This document shows positions 49,652 to 58,524 of a DNA stretch of 64,000 bases, in pieces. A program made the translations under genes and the position numbers. The notes under the pieces were generated by a model. That model was not told the origin of the DNA and did no database searches. It saw nothing but the letters and a program-made list of their open reading frames with translations. Location of the stretch: the IMG/VR virus record IMGVR_UViG_3300005673_000003, positions 32,001 to 96,000 of that record. The stretch is one strand, 5' to 3'. Position 1 is the first letter of the stretch, and each line of letters starts with the position of its first letter. Source of the DNA: a virus.

Positions 49652-50677
49652 TTAGAATCCAGCTTCAGGATCTCCTGATAGCGCGGCTTCGGTTTGCTCT
49701 AAATAAGCAAGGAATTCATAGAGCTGGGTATCGTTTAAGTTTTTCCGGGTTGTGGTGTTAAATCGATTTTTTAGCTCCTGCTTAGCTCTTGATGTGGGCC
49801 AGCCAAGACGGTCTAGAGCATCATCGATCAATCGCATCATTTCGTCGCGACCATCAATATCGATAAGCTCTGAATCATCCTCGTCATCATCAACGCTATC
49901 GAAACCATAAACGCCTTTGATCGGGACATCCTCTGCTTCCGCCGCTGGCTCTGGAATCTCATTACCGGAGATAGGGAAGCTGCCGCCACCAAACTTGCCG
50001 CCGAAATAGCCGCGCATCCACTCAGCGGATGGCTCCAGAGACAGCAGAGACTTAACCATGTCTACCACTTTGCCATCATCCATCTTGCGCTTCACTGGGC
50101 CAGGGGAGCGGCGAAGGACGATGGGTATTTGATGCAGTCCCACCCTAGCTTGCTGACTCAATTTGACCAGCGATTGCAGATTCTTCTTTAATCGCTTTGC
50201 ATCCTCCCAGGAGGTTGAAGTGCTGATCAAGGCACCAACTATGTCATCATCTAGTAGCTCCTTGACGACGATCGAGAGCTGTAGAGCTGGCTTGCAATCC
50301 CTACATTTCTTGCCGGATGCGATGCAAGGCTTAGACTCTCTGCTGTAACTGCCTTCTGGAGTGCGCCAGAGGTAGATCTGGGAGCCGTTGCAAAGCTTGT
50401 GAACAGTCTTCCCTTTCTGGGATTTCATGGTTGATTGGAAATTCTCAGCGATCGTCGAGAATGCCAGGTATCCCCTGATTACGGTTGGCTTCTGTCCATA
50501 GTGCTGCTCAAAAGCTTGCTGCACTTCCGGGAGCTTGGTCTTCAGTCGGAAATAATCCAAGTCTCGGCCAACGTTGTCGCCTTTGGGTGCCCCTTTCGCC
50601 AGGTATCCAAGGACGGGCAGGGAGAACGATTCGAGATCATCAAGATCATCAGTTAATCCAGTAATTCCATTCATCAT
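49652..50677 (-). CDS. Phage recombination-related protein (gp3/RDF-like family)
   Basis: LGYLAKG...DLDYFR...YG.KP...CNG...C...CKP..L...STSW pattern. Confidence 0.6.
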   Translation of the reverse strand: MMNGITGLTDDLDDLESFSLPVLGYLAKGAPKGDNVGRDLDYFRLKTKLPEVQQAFEQHYGQKPTVIRGYLAFSTIAENFQSTMKSQKGKTVHKLCNGSQIYLWRTPEGSYSRESKPCIASGKKCRDCKPALQLSIVVKELLDDDIVGALISTSTSWEDAKRLKKNLQSLVKLSQQARVGLHQIPIVLRRSPGPVKRKMDDGKVVDMVKSLLSLEPSAEWMRGYFGGKFGGGSFPISGNEIPEPAAEAEDVPIKGVYGFDSVDDDEDDSELIDIDGRDEMMRLIDDALDRLGWPTSRAKQELKNRFNTTTRKNLNDTQLYEFLAYLEQTEAALSGDPEAGF

Positions 50678-50680
50678 GAT

Positions 50681-51064
50681 TTAATCCTCCACATCCGCGC
50701 CCATGTACTGCTGTTTTGTTTTCACGGTTTTCCGCCTTGCCTGGAGGAGGATTGGTTCCGCTTGATTGCGAATCTCCTGGCGCGATAAAGCGAACATCTG
50801 ACTCAGAACCTCTTGTGGATTCTCGCCAGGTATCAAGTCATACCAGAGGGAAACCTCCACCGTTAGGGAATTCCAGTTCCCAAGATCAAACTTGCGGCCC
50901 AGCTTTGTAGAGATCATTTTTAATCCCTCAATATCTCCGGTATCAGCAGAGGCAGAGGGAGGCTGAATTTGAGGTGATTGAGTATCCTCAGAGGGTGCAA
51001 TGGGAAGCGTATCAGTTCCCTCAGTATTCCCTGAAACAGATACCTCTTTATTCTTAATCGGCAT
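50681..51064 (-). CDS. Phage hypothetical protein
   Basis: RKFDLGNWNS motif. Confidence 0.65.
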   Translation of the reverse strand: MPIKNKEVSVSGNTEGTDTLPIAPSEDTQSPQIQPPSASADTGDIEGLKMISTKLGRKFDLGNWNSLTVEVSLWYDLIPGENPQEVLSQMFALSRQEIRNQAEPILLQARRKTVKTKQQYMGADVED

Positions 51065-51109
51065 AAACTAAACAACTCCCAAATTGATTGATTATTGCGC
51101 TGAAGGTAG

Positions 51110-51481
51110 CTACCAGGATGGTGCTGCCATTAGTTTAATGTGAGCCTGGTAGCTCCGCTGATTTTTCTGATGCCGTTCAATTAGCCAGCTCTCCGCTTTA
51201 TCCAGCGAGGTGAATCGCTCCTCCTTGTGAGCACCAACCAGTGATACGGCAATCCATACCCCTCTGAATTGCCGGATTACTCCGACTCTGACTTCAGATT
51301 CCGGGCTATTTTCAGCCGAAAACCAAAGGGTGTGGAAGGTTGCCAGAATATCTTGCGTCTGCACCTTTCGATACCCAGCTTTTTCGGTTACAAAAATGTT
51401 GCCAGAAGCATTGCTAGAAACAATTGAGCCTTGCTCTTCGGTGCCAATGCTAACCAGGGGAGCAATATTTGGTTTATCCAT
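51110..51481 (-). CDS. Hypothetical early protein
   Basis: First gene after promoter copy 5. Confidence 0.65.
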   Translation of the reverse strand: MDKPNIAPLVSIGTEEQGSIVSSNASGNIFVTEKAGYRKVQTQDILATFHTLWFSAENSPESEVRVGVIRQFRGVWIAVSLVGAHKEERFTSLDKAESWLIERHQKNQRSYQAHIKLMAAPSW

Positions 51482-51519
51482 AATCTAAAACCGCTAACGA
51501 ATAATTGATTGATAGCTCC

Positions 51520-51565
51520 AATATAGTCAGCTCAAAATAAAATGTCAACATCTATCAATCTTTTT
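51520..51565 (-). promoter_or_regulatory. Conserved sigma70 promoter, copy 5
   Basis: AAAAAGATTGATAGATG-TTGACA-17-TATATT. Confidence 0.8.
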
Positions 51566-51664
51566 CTTATGGCTTATACTTACAGAAGCGCTATCCCAGT
51601 CTCACTGGTGGTTTGCGCGATCTACCTGATAATCGATCAATTAATCGCCCAATTAATCATCGCT

Positions 51665-52390
51665 ATGCAGAAATCAACTCTAAAAGCTCCTGAGACTCGC
51701 GCTAACGTATTGCATTCCAGTGCAAGCAATGAACACTACACTCCTACTTTGATTGCCCAGAAAAGCAGGAATATCTTGGGAGGGATTGAATTGGATCCGT
51801 GTAGTTGCAAGCTGGCAAACGAAATAATCCGAGCGGAGCAGTACTACTCGTTAGAAGAGGGAATAGACGGGCTGCAGCAATCCTGGAAAAGCCGCTCCCT
51901 ACTGCTGAATCCCAGAGGAGGGCAGATCAGGGATCGGGAGTTTATCAAGCGCTATGGCACATCATCATCGATCGCGGCCTGGGGTAATGAGCTGAAGCGG
52001 CGATGGGAGGTTGGAGAAGTTCAGCAAGCCATCTTCATTGGATTCCAACTTAGTGTCCTGCGGCTATGCCCTGGTTTTCTGTCATTGCCATTTTGCGTCC
52101 CCAGAGAGCGGCTTTGCTTCTGGACAACACCGCACGCTCTGCGACAAGCAGAAGCAGCGAAGCGGAAGCCGGATTTACAATTTGTGGAGCGATGGATCCT
52201 TGAGTGCATCGATAAAGGCGAGTGTATCGACTCTGAGCATGGGTTTCTGGTGCCATCCCATTCGCCCAGTCACGATAATGTGATCATCTTTTTCCCGCCT
52301 AAAAAAGATGGAAGGGAGGAAGCCCTTGCAAACTTCGCGGCAGAGTTTGCGGATGTTGGAGAGATCGCCAATCTGAGATTCTGGAGATAG
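51665..52390 (+). CDS. Phage Dam-like N6-adenine methyltransferase, variant motif IV
   Basis: SNEHYTP...IELDPCS...DGLQQSW...LNPRG (the canonical motif is NPPY). Confidence 0.7.
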   Translation: MQKSTLKAPETRANVLHSSASNEHYTPTLIAQKSRNILGGIELDPCSCKLANEIIRAEQYYSLEEGIDGLQQSWKSRSLLLNPRGGQIRDREFIKRYGTSSSIAAWGNELKRRWEVGEVQQAIFIGFQLSVLRLCPGFLSLPFCVPRERLCFWTTPHALRQAEAAKRKPDLQFVERWILECIDKGECIDSEHGFLVPSHSPSHDNVIIFFPPKKDGREEALANFAAEFADVGEIANLRFWR

Positions 52391-52456
52391 ATCCAAAAAA
52401 ATGCAGCCCCGATAGATTTCTATCGGGGCTAGATGATTGGGTGCAATGCAACGAGC

Positions 52457-52801
52457 TTAAGCGGGAATCAGATCCAGGCCAGCTTCTAAGTCCATCAACT
52501 CCATCTTGCTTCTAAAATATCGCTTAGCCTCTGGTGGCAATGCTGCTTCGAGGGTCAGTAAAGCCTTGCCCATTAGATCGTTGGTGCCCTGCAAATAGCG
52601 GTTTATTTGATCTGGGCCTACGTATTTATAGCGATCGGGATAGCGCCGCTCCAAGTGGAGAGTGCGCTCACTAATGTAAGCCTGGTAAATACCAAAGAAG
52701 TTCAAAGTCTCCCGGTAAATCGTGCGGTGAGACGAATTCTGCTTCGTTTTTTTCGAGCGCATTTTTTTCATATTAGCCATAGTTGAAAAACCCATCATCA
52801 T
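52457..52801 (-). CDS. XRE-like regulator (repressor candidate)
   Basis: QINRYLQG...LEAALPPEAKRYF; divergent from an HTH gene. Confidence 0.55.
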   Translation of the reverse strand: MMMGFSTMANMKKMRSKKTKQNSSHRTIYRETLNFFGIYQAYISERTLHLERRYPDRYKYVGPDQINRYLQGTNDLMGKALLTLEAALPPEAKRYFRSKMELMDLEAGLDLIPA

Positions 52802-53120
52802 CTTGCCATCGATTCTAACAAAATTGGAGTTTTTTACAATGTCATTTACAAAAGTTTACACGCTGAAGAGAGTTAATGGAGGCTGAATATTACGCCAGTA
52901 GCAAATAACACATCCCAGCCGTCTGCCGTGAAACTTTGCAAACAATTTACAGTAGAAGGAGGTTTTTTGCGCTCCAAAGATTTATCCTGTAAAGGGTTAT
53001 ACATCCCTATTCGATCAAAAATATCCGCCAAAAGAGGTAGATATTTTACGATAGGGGAGAAGTCGTGCATTCCCTTAGCTGCTAGCTCGTCTGTCTTTCT
53101 TAGCTTTTTAAGTTTTAACA

Positions 53121-53564
53121 ATGAGTAACTTACCTGAAAATCAAGTTCATCTAGAAGCAGGGCATTCGGATTCTAAATTGGCACAATCCGAATCATCGCA
53201 AGCAGAGGAACCTGAGCCGATTACAAAACCCTCACTAGAAGATTTCATGCTCCTCGCGTTAACAGATCTAGAGGGTCTGACCGGAGTTGATTCCTCCGAT
53301 TGGAGTCGCTGGTTCAACGGTGCTTTACTATCGGAGCGCATTTTAATCAAAGCCGCAGAACCCCTTGGATTAACCGCTGGGCAACTTCTAGACTTCATCT
53401 CTCGCAGGCGTGAAGCTACGCTCGGCCTGCGAAAAGCTGGGAGGAAATTCACCCCAAAAGAAATGCAACTGGTAATCAATCGGCAATCAAAAAAGGGCCA
53501 GGGCGGAACAGGAAATTCAGGAGGCAAGTCTAAAGCTTCCAGCCTGGAATCCGTTTGCGCCTAA
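53121..53564 (+). CDS. HTH regulator (Cro-like candidate)
   Basis: LTDLEGLTGVDSSDWSRWFNG. Confidence 0.65.
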   Translation: MSNLPENQVHLEAGHSDSKLAQSESSQAEEPEPITKPSLEDFMLLALTDLEGLTGVDSSDWSRWFNGALLSERILIKAAEPLGLTAGQLLDFISRRREATLGLRKAGRKFTPKEMQLVINRQSKKGQGGTGNSGGKSKASSLESVCA

Positions 53565-54266
53565 ATAAAAATGGGAGGGGTGAACCCCTCCCAGCAATAA
53601 TCAATCAATTAATCGTCGGAAAGGCAGAGCGGAATCAACTTCTACGTAACGAGAAGAAGTTATCAAAGCCCGTCTTTTAGACTCTTAACTTCCCTCACTA
53701 TATACAAGATCCAGAGAGGCTTGCAACTCGCTCTACGGGCCGCTTGTAGCAAGATCCAATGTCATGATGACAGGTTACGCTGTATAAAATATTGCAAGCT
53801 GTACGGATGCGGCTTGCAAGTAAAGGGCTAGGGGTGGATCAAAAAATAAAAAGAAAGATCCCTTTGCTAAAAATTTGGATCAGGCTACAATCTTGATCGG
53901 TAAAGCCTGGGTGAGCGGCTATCTGGCCTAAAAATTAATCAATTTTTGACCCCCAAATAGCAAATCACCCCCAGAGTTAGCCGCTCTGGAGGTTTTATTA
54001 GTCAAATTTATTTTTCCTAACCATTCAAACAAAAGCACTCAAGGAGAACTTCGATTGAATTTCAGTCGTATGATAACCATCCCTCTCAGGAGGTTTCAGC
54101 TCGTATGATAACACTACGCGCTAGAGATTGCCATAGGGCAGGCAATATTTTTTCTAATGGGAGCAGCCGTTGGTACCAGGGGTATCAGCGGTTTTGTCGT
54201 GCGTTTGCGGCTTTCAATAATCAATCAATAATCAATCAATAATCATCGGAACCGGAGTAGGTTTAT

Positions 54267-54614
54267 ATGTTTGCGAGTTCGTGTTTTAGTTTTCCGGCAG
54301 GCGATAGATGCCTGACTATCCGGGAAAGCTTAGTCAAAATTTGCGATGGAAATGCGTGCGCTGCCGCGATCGTGCAGCTGCTTAATGAAGTCGAGGCTTA
54401 TTCTCGAATCGCGGAAGGCCAGGGGAAGCCTGCCTGCTATATGGCATCCAGCGATATAGCTGATCAATTGTTTTTTACCTGGCATCAGGTAACGATTTCA
54501 GACGCAATCCGCTTTTTAGAAGAGAAGGGATTTGTAGAAACCGATTACAATACAGCCTCGCTGGTTGTGAAATCCGTCAATCAAGCCCTGGAAGCATTGG
54601 GAGGCGAGTCATGA
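54267..54614 (+). CDS. Short wHTH paralogue of the initiator N-terminus
   Basis: SCFSFP...ICDGNACAAAI...I.DAIRFLEEKGF matches the next ORF. Confidence 0.7.
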   Translation: MFASSCFSFPAGDRCLTIRESLVKICDGNACAAAIVQLLNEVEAYSRIAEGQGKPACYMASSDIADQLFFTWHQVTISDAIRFLEEKGFVETDYNTASLVVKSVNQALEALGGES

Positions 54615-56044
54615 CGCACGCTAATACCGTCCAGAGGACTAGCTGCATTAGGTTCCCCAAAAATGATCCTTTCGCGATAATCAGAAACTGCTTAAGGGTT
54701 ATCTGTGATGAGAATGGATGCGCGGCTGCAATCCTAAACAATCTTATATCTTGGCATGACAGCAAGTTAAGCTATCTACCTCAAGCAAAACAGAAAAACC
54801 GTGTAGCAGAGATGCATGGAGATGAGGGCACCCAGGATACATCTCTGCTTGTGTACCTTACAGAGCAGGATTTAATCGATGCAGGTATCAGGGAATGGAA
54901 GAAGGATTCAATCAGGAAGGCTATCAAAATCCTGGTGGAAAAAGGCTATGCATCCATTCACAGTAATCCCAACCCCAGATACAGCTTCGATAAAACTCGA
55001 TATTTCTTGCTACATCCAGAACCTGTTCAAAAAGCTCTGGATGAATTCGAGTATGGAGAGCCGGAACCCGATGAGCCAAAAACCGATGATCGGCGGTCGG
55101 AAAAACAATATCGAGAGGTTGGGGAAGCCAAAACCCTTGATACGGGAGAATTTGAAGCGGATCAGCTAGGTCAAGAAGCGGAAAACCAGCAATCGAAAGC
55201 GGAAATCCGCTCACGACAATCGGGGAATCAATCGTCGCAATCGGAAAACGAATTATATACAAAGATCCATTCCTTAGATCCTTGCTTAGATCCCTCTCCC
55301 CCCTTTAATCCCCCCAACGGGGAGAATGGGGAGGGAGGTGCTTCGCAACCGGATCAAGAATCCGAACCGGAACAGCCAGCAATCATTCCTCCTCTTGCTG
55401 CGATTCCGGATCAGCAAGAATCTGGCACACAACCAGAAGGCTCTATACCGGACAAATATTCCGCTGCCGCCGATTTTGTTTTTGAGGAGAAATTTGCTCC
55501 TGATGCAAAGTGGTGGCCCGTCCATGAGGCTCCCTGGAGAAAAGATTTGATCAACTTCAAGGACTCCATGATCCAGGCTTTCCTTACGGTGCATCCCCGA
55601 AATTCAAGCGATTGGTACTGGTTAGAGAACGGCAGTCCGAATGTATGGCAGGTTGAATCCAAGCTCCAGAAATTGGAGGGAGGCGCAAGGATGCTGACTC
55701 TGGATGGCACTTCCCTGGATGCACGCGCTAAACTCCTCAAGCTTTGGGAGATAGCTCAGCAAATCGAAAACGGGGAACTGCAGGTAGCTAGCACTGGGCA
55801 GGCATCCAAGCAGCTCCTGCCAGTCGATGAATACGAACGGATTAAGCAGCAAGCGATCGCCCAATCAGAACAGCGGCTGCAGGAGACGGAAGCTCTGGTT
55901 AATCAAGCTAAGCCAATCAAGCCAGCCGCAGAGCTGCCAGCAGCATCGCAATTAGATCCAATCCAGCAAGCGAGGATTGCTAGAACGCAAGCTGCAACCG
56001 TAGATCGCTCTCGTGCCACGCTCAGAAAGCGAATTGCAATCTAA
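54611..56044 (+). CDS. Replication initiator (wHTH, lambda O-like architecture)
   Basis: N-terminal wHTH (IRKAIKILVEKGY...DKTRYF), internal 21-bp repeats, directly upstream of DnaB. Confidence 0.75.
   Translation: MTHANTVQRTSCIRFPKNDPFAIIRNCLRVICDENGCAAAILNNLISWHDSKLSYLPQAKQKNRVAEMHGDEGTQDTSLLVYLTEQDLIDAGIREWKKDSIRKAIKILVEKGYASIHSNPNPRYSFDKTRYFLLHPEPVQKALDEFEYGEPEPDEPKTDDRRSEKQYREVGEAKTLDTGEFEADQLGQEAENQQSKAEIRSRQSGNQSSQSENELYTKIHSLDPCLDPSPPFNPPNGENGEGGASQPDQESEPEQPAIIPPLAAIPDQQESGTQPEGSIPDKYSAAADFVFEEKFAPDAKWWPVHEAPWRKDLINFKDSMIQAFLTVHPRNSSDWYWLENGSPNVWQVESKLQKLEGGARMLTLDGTSLDARAKLLKLWEIAQQIENGELQVASTGQASKQLLPVDEYERIKQQAIAQSEQRLQETEALVNQAKPIKPAAELPAASQLDPIQQARIARTQAATVDRSRATLRKRIAI
55155..55259 (+). 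repeat. Five 21-bp periodic iteron-like units inside the initiator gene
   Basis: AA(G/T)CGG at 55155, 55176, 55197, 55218 and 55239. Confidence 0.65.
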
Positions 56045-56095
56045 TTCCCGCAACGATTTCAAGCAATAAATCAATCAATTATTCGGAGAAGTAAC

Positions 56096-57490
56096 ATGGA
56101 TTCTGCAAAGTTTAATTCTGGAAAAAACTCTGGAGCTGGAACGCTGGTCAGCCTGCAAGGTGGGAGCCGCCCTCAATCGCTGCATGACGAGGAAGGGGAA
56201 GCCTTCGTGATTGGGGCTATCCTGCTAGATCCTGACCGGGTGTATGACGTTTTTGAGCAGATTCCCCACCCAGAGGCGTTTTACTCGGAGTCCCATCGCA
56301 CTATTTATGCTGCTCAGCTTAAGTTAGCAATGGACGGGAGCCTGCCAGATCTGCCAGCGGTCGCTACCCAACTGAAGAAGAGTGGGGAGCTAGAGCAGGT
56401 AGGAGGCCGCGCTTTCTTGGCAGAGTTGATGGATGGCTGTCTATCCAGCGCTGGAGTAGAGATAGCGGCAGGGGGAGTGCAAGAGTTCTTTGTACGCCGC
56501 AAATTACGCGCTATAAGCTTCGATAATGGCAAGTTGGCAGAAGACCTCACAATCCCGATCGCGCAAGTCCTAGAGCGTTCAGAACAGGCTCTGTACGGTG
56601 TAGATTCTGGGGTGGTGGATGACTGCTTAAAATCCCCTCAAGAATTAGCTTCGACTTTGAGGCTAGTCTATGCAACCGGAAAATCGCCTGGGATGGCCTC
56701 TGGCTTCCTCGACTACGATGCCCTGACCGGAGGATGGTTCCCTGGGCAGCTCAATATCGTGGCCGCTCCTACGGGCCTTGGGAAATCTCAATTCGTGATT
56801 GCCTCAGCCATCAACTTTGCCCGGAAGCATAACCTGCCCTGCTTCATCTTTTCGTGCGAAATGACTGCTGAGGAAGTGGGTCACCGCATCGTTGCAAACC
56901 TATCGACGATTGATAGTGATTTACTGATTCAGTGCAAACCCCTGTCTCCTGCAGATGCTGCAAAGCGCGATCGCGCAGTAGATCAACTAGAAAATCATCT
57001 ACCAATCTACGTTTTTGAGATGGCATCTCCATCGGTCGGATTAATCCGGCAGGTGTTGCGGCGTGCCAGTATGCAATATGGAAAACTGGGCCTGGTTATT
57101 CTGGATTACCTGCAACTGGCAGGCAACGAAGAGGGCGAAAGAAGCGGCACCCGAGCAGAGGAGCTAGATAAAATCGCTAGAGCCTGCAAAGGTGCAGCAA
57201 TCCAATTCAAAGTCCCGTTTATTGCAGTTTCCCAAGTTAAACGAGCGGTAGCTGACCGCCAGAATAAGCGGCCCCAGGTCAGCGACTTGAAGGAATCGGG
57301 AGCGCTGGAGAACCATGCTAACCGGATCATCATGCTCCATAACGATTACTACTATGACCCTCAGAATGCAGTTGATAAGGGGTTAATTGAAGTCATCGTA
57401 GCCAAGAATCGTAACGGCAAAAAAGGTGATTGCAAGATGATTTTCTTGCCAGAGTTCAGTCAGTTCCTAGACATATCCAAGTCTTATTAG
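56096..57490 (+). CDS. dnaB: Replicative DNA helicase DnaB
   Basis: AAPTGLGKS, FSCEM, LDYLQL, SQVKR...RPQVSDLKESG, IVAKNRNG. Confidence 0.95.
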   Translation: MDSAKFNSGKNSGAGTLVSLQGGSRPQSLHDEEGEAFVIGAILLDPDRVYDVFEQIPHPEAFYSESHRTIYAAQLKLAMDGSLPDLPAVATQLKKSGELEQVGGRAFLAELMDGCLSSAGVEIAAGGVQEFFVRRKLRAISFDNGKLAEDLTIPIAQVLERSEQALYGVDSGVVDDCLKSPQELASTLRLVYATGKSPGMASGFLDYDALTGGWFPGQLNIVAAPTGLGKSQFVIASAINFARKHNLPCFIFSCEMTAEEVGHRIVANLSTIDSDLLIQCKPLSPADAAKRDRAVDQLENHLPIYVFEMASPSVGLIRQVLRRASMQYGKLGLVILDYLQLAGNEEGERSGTRAEELDKIARACKGAAIQFKVPFIAVSQVKRAVADRQNKRPQVSDLKESGALENHANRIIMLHNDYYYDPQNAVDKGLIEVIVAKNRNGKKGDCKMIFLPEFSQFLDISKSY

Positions 57491-57666
57491 AGTCTGCTTG
57501 CGAGATTCTTGCATGATTGGGTATTGCTTTACACTTACTGAATCAGCATCCAATCAGCTTGAATTCAGGGTCATCCTAAAGACTGATTTTCCCAGGGTGC
57601 TTTTATGCTGTGCCCTTTGCAACACGGCAATAATCGATCAATTATTAACTATTGAATTGGCGAATT

Positions 57667-57810
57667 ATCAGATCAAGATAAGATCAAACCTCTTTCCAAC
57701 AAAGGATCAAAATAAGATCGAGATGGGATCAAAATAGGATCTAGCTCAGATCTTGATAAGATCTAGACCATTTTCAAAATAGGATCTATTATCTAGATTG
57801 ATAGATAATT
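57667..57810. repeat. GATC array phased at 11 bp
   Basis: GATC-aaaataa-GATC-gagatgg-GATC-aaaatag-GATC-tagctca-GATC-ttgataa-GATC, plus flanking copies. Confidence 0.75.
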
Positions 57811-57888
57811 ACTTTTTGGAGGTTTGAGGATAGGGTTTTTCTAACTTGCATCTGTTGACCGTAATCCATAGCTTCGAGGGATTAAAAG

Positions 57889-58518
57889 ATGCTGTACACT
57901 GCTTCTTGGAAAAAGGGAAAAGATTACATTCACGGCCAAGCTTATTCGATCAGCCTAAAGGCTCCTCGAAATCTCGATTTTCCGATTGAGCACTTAGATT
58001 TTTTTAAGCCCACTCAAGGACTGCTGGATTTCTGGTATCAATCAGATAAATCCGAGCAGGCATGGCAGGAATACGAATCCCGATATTGGAAGCTAATCTT
58101 AGCTCCAGAGCGGAAAAATCCAATCATGTCCTGGCTCAATAGTTTGCCGCCGCAAAAAGATTGTACGCTCTGCTGTTTTGAGGTTAGTAATCGCTACTGT
58201 CACCGACGCTTAGTAGAGCTAATCATCAGAAAATATCGGCCAGAGCTATGGGTGGGTGACAGTATCCGCGCTACTCTGGAGATTGGCGATAGGGTAGAGC
58301 ATAAACTGTTGCCTCAGAAAGGGATTGGAACCGTTCTTGACCGGATGGCAACATTAGCTTATGTAATCTGGGATGATCTACCTCTTGGGGCTGTTCGCTC
58401 GGTTGTTCATCCAGTTAAAAGTGGGAATTACTACAACCAGATAGGCAATCCGTTACCCTACCCAGGCAACCTTTTGCGGCGAATCGAGGAAAGCAATAAT
58501 CAATCGATTAAAGGATAG
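57889..58518 (+). CDS. DUF488-family protein
   Basis: MLYTAS...SIS..AP...TLCCFE....CHRRLV. Confidence 0.75.
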   Translation: MLYTASWKKGKDYIHGQAYSISLKAPRNLDFPIEHLDFFKPTQGLLDFWYQSDKSEQAWQEYESRYWKLILAPERKNPIMSWLNSLPPQKDCTLCCFEVSNRYCHRRLVELIIRKYRPELWVGDSIRATLEIGDRVEHKLLPQKGIGTVLDRMATLAYVIWDDLPLGAVRSVVHPVKSGNYYNQIGNPLPYPGNLLRRIEESNNQSIKG

Positions 58519-58524
58519 TAGGCA

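Noticed and set aside
51542-51664. N-terminal extension of the methyltransferase ORF
   Set aside because: It overlaps the conserved opposite-strand promoter and a 12-mer. The ATG at 51665 is more plausible.
6730-53891. TTGGAT/ATCCAA near several -10 boxes as a late-promoter element
   Set aside because: There are only about five cases, with inconsistent orientation and spacing. It cannot be supported without TSS data.
57667-57810. Possible CRISPR or mini-array
   Set aside because: The units are 11 bp with no repeat-spacer structure. No CRISPR array was seen anywhere in the window.
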